This document shows, in pieces, positions 8,116 to 17,644 of a stretch of DNA of 64,000 bases. Source of the stretch: a virus (lineage: Duplodnaviria; Caudoviricetes); IMG/VR virus record IMGVR_UViG_3300013947_000021, positions 1 to 64,000 of that record. The stretch is one strand, 5' to 3'. Position 1 is the stretch's first letter, and each line of letters starts with the position of its first letter. The notes under the pieces are model-generated. The model did not search any database and was not told where the DNA came from. It was given only the letters and a program-made list of their open reading frames with translations. The translations under genes and the position numbers were made by a program.

Positions 8116-11100
8116 TTACTCAATATCTACCTTACTTATTACAGTATCTCTTAATAAAGAAGCCATAGAGTTATCTATATGCCTAAGATTTTCTATTTCT
8201 TCTTTAGCACTTTCCATAGTATATCTTATAAGAGTTCTATCACCATCTGGACGTAATGCAGATACTCCAAGCTGTTCAGGGTTCTGCTCACCTAATCCTT
8301 TATATCTTGTTAATCCAGGAGGCATCATCTCATTAAACTTGCTCATAAGATTATATATAGAAAGCTTTTCTCCATCTACCAAATAATATAGATCTGTATT
8401 GTTCTTAATCAAATCTATAATATCAGTGCAGACATTAATAAGCTTACTATTAATAAATACATACTGATATTTAGAATTGACTAATCCTTCTATACATATA
8501 ACTCCATTATTCTCATAAACTTTAATAAATCTATAAAGCTTAGTAAGATAAGTAGAGAATTTCTTTATACTAAAAGTAGATTTAAATGAATAAGAGATAT
8601 TAGTTGCTACAGAATTCTGACTAATCGGAATAGCTTCATCCGAAATATTATCTTCATCATCAGATTCTGCAGGCTTAATATCATCTACTATCTTAGTTTC
8701 TTTAGTACTAGTTGTCTTTTTAGTAGATTTAGTTGCTGCTACTTTCTTTTTTGCTAATTTTACTTTTGCAGCCATTGCAGTAACTACTTCACTTGTTCCT
8801 ATATTAATATAATTACAGAGATAATAGAATATATTCTCAAGTAAGTCAGGATCTACTGCAAATGTATTTGCTGCAACTTCAATCTTTTCTTTGTAATCAA
8901 TATTCTTAAAGAATAATGCTGTGACTTCACTATTAGAAAGCTTACGTCCATTCATATCTGTAAGAGTATGTGTCTTTGCAAAGAGAGATTGAATATATTT
9001 TGTAAAATCAAGTTTTGTAGTAAAGTATTTATTACCAGATCTATCCTTAACTCCAAAGAGTGGAGGAACAGCTCTATATACTTTACCAGCACTAATAAGC
9101 TGTGGCATATACATAATAAAGAATCTTAATAGAAGCGTATCAATGTGGGAACCCATTTATGGGAGTCATATAAGCTCGTTAAACTTATACCGTTTCATTA
9201 TTGAAACTGCTATACATTATTTATTCTGTATAGATTAGACTATATCTCATTCTTTTTAGTTTATATAAACTAATGAAGATCTCTCAGTTTCCATCCACTT
9301 GGATGTACTCTACTCAGTTACTCACAGAAATTTATTCTGTTACCTTTTCGATAGTCGTTGAACCCTTCCTAAGAATTTCTCCTAGGCTCGGCTACTGATT
9401 GCCATAATATATTTTTATATATTAAAGTTCCCTGTAATTAAGAGAGGATTATTTTCATAGTATTTCTACTAAGCCGGACAGTCCCACTTGTTTATCCGGA
9501 TCTGCATCTGCTAAGAATATTATCTTATCAAACTTTACTTTATCAAGATCAAAGTTCTTACCATATCCACCACCAATTATTGTTATAATAGAAGAGATTT
9601 CCTGATTTGAAAGGAATTTTGCTTTGCTTTCTTTAAAAGCATTGGGAATTTTTCCACGAATCATTTATTGTTTTCTTTGTTCACATAGTTCGCTACACTA
9701 TGCAGTTCTCTTATGAACTTCTCTAGTATTTCTCTAGATGATCAGACTATATCACAATCCATATAAAATATTTTATATGGATTCCTTTTATTTCGGACTC
9801 GCTTGAACCCTACTCTACTCAGTTATTCACAGAAGATTATTCTGTTATCCTTTCGATAGTCGTTGAACATTTCTTAAAGTTTCCTTTAAGTTTAGTTGCT
9901 GATTATGCATTATTAGTGATACTTAGAGTTTCCTCATATATTATCTCATAACTTGTTTCTGACTTTCGTCTCCATATATGGCATATGAGCTTTAGCAACT
10001 TCCAGCATTAAAAAGGTTTTCTATCACCGTTACCGATAATAGCCCCATTCGTTCTAGGGAATATTCCTTGGCAGGATGCATCTCTACTATTCTTTGCTGA
10101 ACCTAGTGCTGAATCACCCTCAACTATAATAAGTTCATTATTCTTATTACTAGAAGGAGACACATATTTCTTTGGCTTACCAGAGAGAGCACTAGCTTCA
10201 TAATTATTTGATAGCTTTATCTTGCTATCATCAGACTTCATTCTTATTTCTGCTACTTCTTTTATACACTTGCAAACTTTCTGTAAGTCTCCAGGAGAAG
10301 TCTTAGACCAATTATCCAAAGAAGTTAATGTAAGATTTTTTACATATCCATACATATCTTCATTAGATAATATACCTTTAAACTGTCCTGCAAATATAGG
10401 ATTTAAATGTGCTGCTGCAACAATAGCTTTTAAGCCAGTTTTGATATCTGTATTAATTACAGATATCTTTGATTTTTCTCCAAGATATATCTTATTCATA
10501 TAATTCCTGAAGAACTGACAAAGCCCATCAATAAATCCATTTACATGAGTACCATCAGTTGTAGGTGTATAGTTTGCATAACTTACAATATCTTCAGATG
10601 CTGTAAGATCAGAAGCATCATAAGTAAATGCAATTTCTGCTTTCATTGTACCAGTATCATCTTTAAAATGAACTGGAGTTATAAGAGGAGTTTTGGTTCT
10701 CATAAATAGAGAAACCATAATACCATCAGTATTAACTAACTCTTCCTGATACTTTATATCACCCTGCTTATTAATTCCTTTAAATGTGATCTTATCACCT
10801 ATATCTGTCAGAGGATATACTTTAAGAATAAGATCAAGTACATCTTCACAAGTGAGAGTAATCTCGCCAAGAACAGATACATCAGGAGCCATATAAACAG
10901 TTGTACCCTGTCTGCCAGGAGGACAAGGAATATCTTGTTCTTCTTTAGTAGCAGGAACGCCATAATCAAATCTTAAATATTTTGCTTTACCTAATACATA
11001 AGAATATATTTCAAATTTACTAGATAAAGCCATTGCTACACCAGAACCTACACCATGCACACCTGAAGTGTACTGATATAATTCCTTAGTATAGTTTGAA

Positions 11101-11423
11101 CTAGTATGCTGTGTAGCATATATTTCAAATATCTTTCCATGAGGAATACCACGGCCATCATCGCTAATGATAGCACTCTGATCTCTCTCATCAAATATCA
11201 CAGAAACATTTTTTGCAGGAGATTCCTTTCTAATTAACTCATCAACCGAGTTCTGAAAGATCTCTCTAATACAAGCTTTCCATCCAGGATTACCAGTTGA
11301 ACCAATATACATACCTGGAAGTTTCTTAACTACATCAACAAAATTTTCTATATGCTCAATTTTGTTTCCATAGTTTCGTATATTTTCTTCATAGTCTATA
11401 GAAGAGGAATTATTTTTCTTCAT
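8116..11423 (-). CDS. gyrB: DNA gyrase / type IIA topoisomerase subunit B; 3 exons (11423-10056, 9661-9494, 9153-8116), ~857 aa spliced
   Basis: PGMYIGS, EIFQNSVDE, DDGRGIP, GVHGVG, VEGDSA; splicing restores FP|IRGK and DADPD|GSHI; C-terminal RYKGLGEQ. Confidence 0.93.
9154..9493 (-). mobile_element. Group I intron gyrB-I2 (340 nt, no ORF)
   Basis: P1 exon CCGGAU with intron GUCCGG; P10 GUGGGA with exon UCCCAC; core GUUCAACGACUA and GAUAUAGUCU; ends in G. Confidence 0.92.
9662..10055 (-). mobile_element. Group I intron gyrB-I1 (394 nt, no ORF)
   Basis: 5' exon ends in U (CCCU pairs with intron GGGG); P10 ACGAAU pairs with exon AUUCGU; core GUUCAACGACUA and GAUAUAGUCU; ends in G. Confidence 0.92.
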
Positions 11424-11525
11424 CAATAGAACTCCTTCTATAATTATTTTGGAAATTCCAATTATTATATGATTAATTATAATATTCGAATTTATTATAA
11501 AAATTAAATTCAAGCTAAAAGAATA

Positions 11526-11554
11526 TTGAGATGGAGAATATTCTCCATCTCAAT
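11526..11554. terminator. Terminator hairpin
   Basis: attgagatggagaa / ttctccatctcaat. Confidence 0.75.
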
Positions 11555-11569
11555 ATATCATTTAAAAAC

Positions 11570-12433
11570 TTATGCAGTGAAAGTCTTAGTCTGCTGAACT
11601 TCATCAGTTGCTGCAGTTCCAGTCGGAGCTACTGCCGGAGCAGTAGACGGCTGAGCTGTTGGAACTGCCTGAGGAATATTCATTGCAGGAGCTGCCTGAA
11701 CAGGCTGCTGCGGCTGGGGTTGCATAGGCATACCATAAGCCATTGGATTACCCATCGGCTGCTGATATGCAGGAGCTCCATAACCACCATAAGGATTCTG
11801 AACAGGCTGCTGCGGATAATAGTTATTAGGCATGAACTGATAGGGATTTGTAGTAATATTCTGAAGTGCTCCAAATCCGCTGCCAAAACTAATATGATTA
11901 CCATTATACATGGTATAACCATTGTTATTATTTCCATAATATCTACGAATGCAATTTGCCGACGCCTTCCAAAGCATCGTCATTCTCTTGAGCATAGGCT
12001 CAAGCGTTCCGAAGAACGACTTAATAAATTCAGGATCCGCATCAAGATAAGTTGTCTTGATTGTTTCACAGATATCCTGTCCAAGCTTGCTCCATGCATC
12101 GATTGCATTATCATCGAATACAACAGGAGTCCATGTAGCACCGCAGATTTCGCAGTGCATATGCTTCGTTTCAGTACCATCAGAATTCTTAACTACTTCA
12201 TCTCTGATGGCCGAATTACCATCTGTAAACTTATGAGTGCATGATGCGACCAGCATTTCTCTAGGAGAAATAGTAAAGTCTATAGTATCTGAGGTCTTCA
12301 TAAGTTCCTTGATCTGCTCTTCGGTAAGAGGCTGGCTATTCTTAGGCTGCTGACGAACCTGAGGATTCGGTCCAGGATAATAGCCATTCTGCTGAGGGAT
12401 GTAAGGTGTTCCGTAAAAGTTGTTGTTTTCCAT
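11570..12433 (-). CDS. Early protein with possible Zn ribbon and Q/P/Y/N-rich low-complexity termini
   Basis: CTH...CEIC; C-terminal QQPVQNPYGGYG/PAV tract; early-type motif 12542-12555. Confidence 0.8.
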   Translation of the reverse strand: MENNNFYGTPYIPQQNGYYPGPNPQVRQQPKNSQPLTEEQIKELMKTSDTIDFTISPREMLVASCTHKFTDGNSAIRDEVVKNSDGTETKHMHCEICGATWTPVVFDDNAIDAWSKLGQDICETIKTTYLDADPEFIKSFFGTLEPMLKRMTMLWKASANCIRRYYGNNNNGYTMYNGNHISFGSGFGALQNITTNPYQFMPNNYYPQQPVQNPYGGYGAPAYQQPMGNPMAYGMPMQPQPQQPVQAAPAMNIPQAVPTAQPSTAPAVAPTGTAATDEVQQTKTFTA

Positions 12434-12578
12434 GGTAAAACTCCTTTTAAAATAATAATAAAAATATTTTTATATTGATAATGAAATCAATTATATTTTA
12501 GTTATCAGAGCGATAATTTAATATAACTTAATCTCTCTTATCATAAATATATTATACGTTTATAATTCTTTTTATATA

Positions 12579-13745
12579 TTAATTTTTCATTTGTTTATAA
12601 ATCTTACCAGCCTTAACTGTAATAGTAGGAACTTCTACATCTTTATCATATAATGAAGGATTCTTAACTATTACATCACTATCATTTTCTGTAATAAGAA
12701 GACCATAATTACCAGTACTGATATTTGCTGTAGTATCAGTTCCCTTAGGAGTAGTACCAATTGTATATCCAGTAGTATTTTCAGGGAATGAGCATCCTGT
12801 AACAGAGACTGCTTTAATAGTTCCCTCTTCACCAGTAATATCGGTAGGATGATCAGTTTCACCAAGACGTGCAGATACTTTTATGCATGATTTAACTGAA
12901 GTATCTTCAAATGTACAATTACTAATAATTATCATTGCATCCTTTATTGCAGTATGATTTATATCAATTGCATAATCATCTGCCCCACTATTTCTAAATA
13001 TGCAATTATCGATATGAACTCTATTACTATTAGCAATATAAATCTGCTTTTTATCGGAAGCTGTGCCATCGAAGATACAATTATTAAGACTAAGTGTAAG
13101 CTTAGGAGGATTAGGATTATTCTGAGTATTTATAAGTCCTAATCCAGAATTAAATGTAGTATCCGAAATATTAAGTATTATAATCTTTCCATCAAGATCT
13201 CCAGTCTTAGCTTGTGTATTATAATCAGTTATAGATGAAAAAGAATAAACTGTTTCTAATTCAGGCTTAGGCATATCTTCCTTTTCAATAGGCTTAAGAA
13301 CGTCTCCGTTTATAAAATCATCATCTCTATAGAATGCGCCCTTCTTATTAGACTGAATGGGATTAGTAGGAATAGAATTTGTAAACTTCTTAAGCATCTC
13401 TGCCTGATTACCCTTAAGCAGCTTTCCAAGATATTCACTATCAATAAACTTAAGAAATTCAGTCTTAGACATTACAGTTTCTATATACTGCACCATCGAA
13501 TAATCTGCACTTATAATTTTTACAGGGAATACATCCTTGCCTCTAATTGCATCATTTACTGCAATGCAATGAACAAGAGTATTATCATCATCATAAAGTA
13601 CAAAATCTTTAGATGTAACAAAATCTATATTATTATCAAGACAGAATCTAATATATTCACCATTAGTAGTCTTTTCACCAGTATCAGGTCTTATAGCTTC
13701 TTTACTATAGATTTCTCTAAATAATTTCATCTGTTCGGTATTCAT
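12579..13745 (-). CDS. Protein with probable C-terminal right-handed beta-helix
   Basis: Repeats LNNCIFD, IDNCIFR, ISNCTFE, VTGCSFP; AGGAGG RBS. Confidence 0.65.
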   Translation of the reverse strand: MNTEQMKLFREIYSKEAIRPDTGEKTTNGEYIRFCLDNNIDFVTSKDFVLYDDDNTLVHCIAVNDAIRGKDVFPVKIISADYSMVQYIETVMSKTEFLKFIDSEYLGKLLKGNQAEMLKKFTNSIPTNPIQSNKKGAFYRDDDFINGDVLKPIEKEDMPKPELETVYSFSSITDYNTQAKTGDLDGKIIILNISDTTFNSGLGLINTQNNPNPPKLTLSLNNCIFDGTASDKKQIYIANSNRVHIDNCIFRNSGADDYAIDINHTAIKDAMIIISNCTFEDTSVKSCIKVSARLGETDHPTDITGEEGTIKAVSVTGCSFPENTTGYTIGTTPKGTDTTANISTGNYGLLITENDSDVIVKNPSLYDKDVEVPTITVKAGKIYKQMKN

Positions 13746-13837
13746 AATTTATTATCCTCCTTAATAAAAAATAAAATGTAGGATAGAGCTCTATAAAAAG
13801 AACCCTATCCTATATAAAGCTTTTACTCAAAATGTTC

Positions 13838-14242
13838 TCACAGACAACCTCTAAATTCTGTCGGTAGTCTATTTTGCAATATAAATAAAAATGCTGGATT
13901 TCCATTACTCAGCATAATATTTTCTAATGCTTCCTTAATTATTCTATAAGCTTCAAGAGATTTTCTTGTGCTTATAAATACTCTTGTCTGTACCGAATCA
14001 AGTGGTTGAGCTCCATACGTATAATTTAATGCATTCATCATACATTCATATTCAGCAACTCTATTTCTGATTTCGGTAAGTACTGCATTTGTAAACGTAA
14101 GATTTCTAAAATAAGCAGACCTTGGATCTGAATAAACATTACAACGTCTGCTCGCTATATCCTTAAGAAATCTCATTCCTTCATTTGTCATTGTTCGTAA
14201 ATTAGCCATTGGATCTTTGTTGTTATTATTAGACGGTTTCAT
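13838..14242 (-). CDS. Hypothetical protein
   Basis: 134 aa; AGGAGG RBS; near-match early motif 14276-14289. Confidence 0.75.
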   Translation of the reverse strand: MKPSNNNNKDPMANLRTMTNEGMRFLKDIASRRCNVYSDPRSAYFRNLTFTNAVLTEIRNRVAEYECMMNALNYTYGAQPLDSVQTRVFISTRKSLEAYRIIKEALENIMLSNGNPAFLFILQNRLPTEFRGCL

Positions 14243-14298
14243 ATTGTTAAGATTCCTCCTAAAATCATTATTTTCTACATTTATAATATATAATCATA

Positions 14299-15063
14299 TT
14301 ATAGATTTTGAGAATTTGTATTTCTTCTTAATATTTCAAGGAATAATTGACGCTCTTTATTCTCTTCAATCATTCTTTGAATCTCTTTATTGGATTCATT
14401 TATCAATCCATTTACTTCACTTGTATTAGATATTACATCTTCAATTTTAAAATTCTCAAGTTCAATATCTTTATCAAGATACGAATCTATTCTAAAATCA
14501 TTATTTGTATACTGATCTTCTACAGCTTTACAGAATTTATAAATATTATAACAATCTGCAAGATTTAATAAATAATACTTACTACTAATTTCATTATTAT
14601 TTTCATCTTTAGGCAAGCTCTCAGTAATTACAATAGAATTTATAATATCTATATTATTATTTACAAGCTTAGACTGTATATCTCTATAAGCAGCAGTCCT
14701 TCCAACACAAACACTATATATTCTTGTAAATTCTTCAGGAAGATCATCTTCTGAAGTATCTTTAAGCTTATAAAGAATTATAAATAATTTTTCTTCATGA
14801 TTCTTCTTCTTTATTTCTTTATTCTTAAAGAACTCCATAGGATTGATAGTACCATCAGGATTCTTAGTTGGAGCTTTCTCTTCTCTAAAAAACTCCATAG
14901 GATTTATGGTACCATCAGGATTAATATTATTTGGTGCAATATTTCTTATATAATTATTAGCATCAATTGTAAGAACCTGATTTGGATCCTTATTCAATAC
15001 AATTTTAAATTGATGAGTTTCATCATCATAATAAAGTTTTCTATCTTCTATTTCTTTTAGCAT
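14299..15063 (-). CDS. Hypothetical protein with duplicated NPDGTINPMEFF motif
   Basis: 254 aa; two ~32-nt near-identical repeats 60 nt apart. Confidence 0.8.
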   Translation of the reverse strand: MLKEIEDRKLYYDDETHQFKIVLNKDPNQVLTIDANNYIRNIAPNNINPDGTINPMEFFREEKAPTKNPDGTINPMEFFKNKEIKKKNHEEKLFIILYKLKDTSEDDLPEEFTRIYSVCVGRTAAYRDIQSKLVNNNIDIINSIVITESLPKDENNNEISSKYYLLNLADCYNIYKFCKAVEDQYTNNDFRIDSYLDKDIELENFKIEDVISNTSEVNGLINESNKEIQRMIEENKERQLFLEILRRNTNSQNL

Positions 15064-15065
15064 GA

Positions 15066-15380
15066 TTATTTAGCCTCCTGATCTTCCTTACAATTAATAT
15101 ATAAATCGACTAGATCACTAGAATTAATGGTAATTGTATCATCATTTGCTAATTTAAAATTTTGATTACCATGCTTATCCATACTCCAATTTTTGATAAT
15201 CATATCATTAGCGCAAGGCTTAGTTTTCTCTCTTTCTTCCTTCATTTTAGCATATTGATTAATTAAATCATCTAAAGCAATTTCAATAATACTATCATCC
15301 ATTAATGTAATTTTATATTGTTTAGTATTATAATCATAAATAAAATTCTTAATTATTTCATTACTCATACTTATTACCAA
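15066..15380 (-). CDS. Hypothetical protein with internal duplication
   Basis: 104 aa, operon-coupled; YKITLMDDSIIEI resembles FKLANDDTITI. Confidence 0.7.
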   Translation of the reverse strand: MVISMSNEIIKNFIYDYNTKQYKITLMDDSIIEIALDDLINQYAKMKEEREKTKPCANDMIIKNWSMDKHGNQNFKLANDDTITINSSDLVDLYINCKEDQEAK

Positions 15381-16576
15381 TACTTTCTATTCTTTTTAAT
15401 ATAGATACATTTGTTTGTAAATCTACTTAATGCAGTATAATTAAGTTTTTCAGCTATACCAGGAAGATATTCTTCAATATAAATTCCAGAATTCCATTGA
15501 GATCCTTGAGCAACATGAACAGTCTCTACATATCCATATTCAAATGCTTCTCCAAATCTATAATTAAAAGCCTTTATATCTTTTTTCTTTTCTGGACTAG
15601 CTGTAAAATAATTATAATCTACTGGAACATTCATAAATGGAACCGGATTAAGATCAGGCATAAAATCTATTCTAAAGCACTTACCATCAAATTCAGATAC
15701 ATCTGGTCTATTCATAACTCGGCCAGTAAGTCCATTAGTAAGATTTATACCACCAGATTCCATCCTCCAATCATTAATTCTGCATATGAGTTTTTCTCCA
15801 TAATCTGGCATAATACTAGATTTGTGAAGAATATCATATCTAATTTTATTAGTATAGAATTCTCGTGTATCATTCTTTCCACAAAGAATTACATCTGCGG
15901 CAGGAAGAAATTGATTAGCAATAGGATCAAAATCTTTCTGCTCAATAACTAATACATCATTTCCATACATACCTGTATGAATAGGTAATTTATTTTTTGC
16001 TCTTTGGCATAAATAAACTATAGCAGAATCTTTTGCTTGACGCATAATTTCTGTAAGTTTATAAACTTTTCCATCGTATAAAAATGCTGGATTATCACTT
16101 ACAGGAGGTAGCTGATCCAGGTCTCCTGCAACAAGAACTTTCTTGCCTAAAGCAAGAATATCTTTTTTCATTTTAAATGGAACGGTTCCACCCTCGTCAA
16201 TAGCCAATAATTTTATATTAGGAAGATCTTTTAAAATCTTCCTATAAGAAACTTCTGGTCTATTGAAATATTTATTCATCACAATCTGTCCATTAGCATC
16301 TCTAATAGGAACTTCTTCTACATCATATATCCATGAATGGATAGTTTTTGCATTATCTAGTCCTTTTAATCTCATATTAATTGCAGCAGCACCAATATAA
16401 GCCATTGGGGCAACTGCATATTTATCAATACCTATAGCATTAATAATAGCATTCATTACTACTGATTTTCCTGTACCAGGATTACCAGCAAATTGAAATA
16501 CTTGTTCTGAAGAATTAAAAAACCAATTTACAGCAGCATTAACAACATCCTGCTGATTTTTTGTTAATTGAATCAT
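15374..16576 (-). CDS. Dda/RecD-like SF1B DNA helicase
   Basis: Walker A GNPGTGKS, IDEG, GDLDQLPPV, LTEIMRQ, TVHVAQGSQW, YTALSR. Confidence 0.9.
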   Translation of the reverse strand: MIQLTKNQQDVVNAAVNWFFNSSEQVFQFAGNPGTGKSVVMNAIINAIGIDKYAVAPMAYIGAAAINMRLKGLDNAKTIHSWIYDVEEVPIRDANGQIVMNKYFNRPEVSYRKILKDLPNIKLLAIDEGGTVPFKMKKDILALGKKVLVAGDLDQLPPVSDNPAFLYDGKVYKLTEIMRQAKDSAIVYLCQRAKNKLPIHTGMYGNDVLVIEQKDFDPIANQFLPAADVILCGKNDTREFYTNKIRYDILHKSSIMPDYGEKLICRINDWRMESGGINLTNGLTGRVMNRPDVSEFDGKCFRIDFMPDLNPVPFMNVPVDYNYFTASPEKKKDIKAFNYRFGEAFEYGYVETVHVAQGSQWNSGIYIEEYLPGIAEKLNYTALSRFTNKCIYIKKNRKYW

Positions 16577-16581
16577 TTTAA

Positions 16582-17070
16582 TTATTTACCTTCATTAGAA
16601 TCAAGATACTGCAGATCTATATCTGAATATCTTTCTCCATTTAATTGCATTATAATATCAAGATATCTAAGACATTCTTTATAATAAGGATGAGACTTAT
16701 ATATTTTTTCATTACTTAGTTTTACTGCAATCTGATCCTTATTTCCTGCTCCATTATTATAATTATAAAATAATGAAACATATTCATCATTCTCTTCTGA
16801 AAATTTCTTTAAAAAATATGAAAATATCATATTTAAAATCTTCCAGCTGCATGCTGGATCAAATGAAATAGTCATTCTTTTATCATGGCATTCTATTCCA
16901 GGATAGATGAGAAATTTATTACCCATTTGTAATGCAACACCCGTATCCTGATCCACTATATTAATACCCTGAACATGTCTTTCAAGACCAATTTCTTTCA
17001 TAAATAATTCTGCAATTTTACATGCAATTTCTTTTTCTATTTTTTCAGTATCTGCTACTTTACTATTCAT
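16582..17070 (-). CDS. Hypothetical protein
   Basis: 162 aa; AAGGAG RBS. Confidence 0.75.
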   Translation of the reverse strand: MNSKVADTEKIEKEIACKIAELFMKEIGLERHVQGINIVDQDTGVALQMGNKFLIYPGIECHDKRMTISFDPACSWKILNMIFSYFLKKFSEENDEYVSLFYNYNNGAGNKDQIAVKLSNEKIYKSHPYYKECLRYLDIIMQLNGERYSDIDLQYLDSNEGK

Positions 17071-17201
17071 AATTTAAACTCCTTATAAAAAATAAACTCC
17101 TTGAGTTACTAAACTCAAGGAAACAAATTAAGGCTTAGCAAACTCAACAAATATTTAATTAATAGTTTAGAACTTATTAATTCTTAAAGGAGTGAGAATA
17201 A

Positions 17202-17615
17202 ATGCTTCCAGCTAAAACAACTACTGTTGAAGAATTTATTGAGTCTGGCAAAGGTAATACTATAAATTATTTTAACTTGTCTTTTATTGAGAAACTTTCT
17301 AATGGAACTTGGGTATCCATAATGAATGTAATCTCAGATTATATAGATGAATTATTGAATGTAGCTGTTAGTGTAGAATTTTCAGTTAAAGAACAGAATA
17401 CTTATTATTATAAACCGAAACTTCTGTGCTATGACGTATATGGAAATCCTGAATTATATTATATTATCCTTCTTATGAATGATATTGCTGATGTAAAAGA
17501 ATTTACAAAACCAGTAATAAAAATGCTTAAGAAAGACCATATGAATACGTTATTGGGATATATTTATAATGCGGAAAAGAATGCTATAAATAATTATAAT
17601 AAAAAAATAAAGTGA
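17202..17615 (+). CDS. Baseplate wedge protein (T4 gp53/LysM-like)
   Basis: YKPKLLCYDVYGNPELYYIILLMN motif; late motif 17146-17157. Confidence 0.65.
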   Translation: MLPAKTTTVEEFIESGKGNTINYFNLSFIEKLSNGTWVSIMNVISDYIDELLNVAVSVEFSVKEQNTYYYKPKLLCYDVYGNPELYYIILLMNDIADVKEFTKPVIKMLKKDHMNTLLGYIYNAEKNAINNYNKKIK

Positions 17616-17639
17616 TGGAGAAATCCATCACTTTATTTC
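17607..17639. terminator. Bidirectional terminator between convergent genes
   Basis: aataaagtgatgga / tccatcactttatt. Confidence 0.85.
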
Positions 17640-17644
17640 TTGTC

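Noticed and set aside
9455-9664. 69-aa ORF and 8116..9156 as independent genes
   Set aside because: Their ATGs are the intron 3' ends (AUAAAUG); they are gyrB exons
9154-10055. Group II introns or pseudogenised gyrB
   Set aside because: U at the 5' splice site, terminal G, P1/P10 pairings and R/S core elements identify group I introns and restore intact motifs
17097-17168. Additional short minus-strand promoter-hairpin unit
   Set aside because: The AACT-N6-TA match is in very AT-rich DNA, overlaps the plus-strand promoter and has no clear anti-SD tract; could be chance
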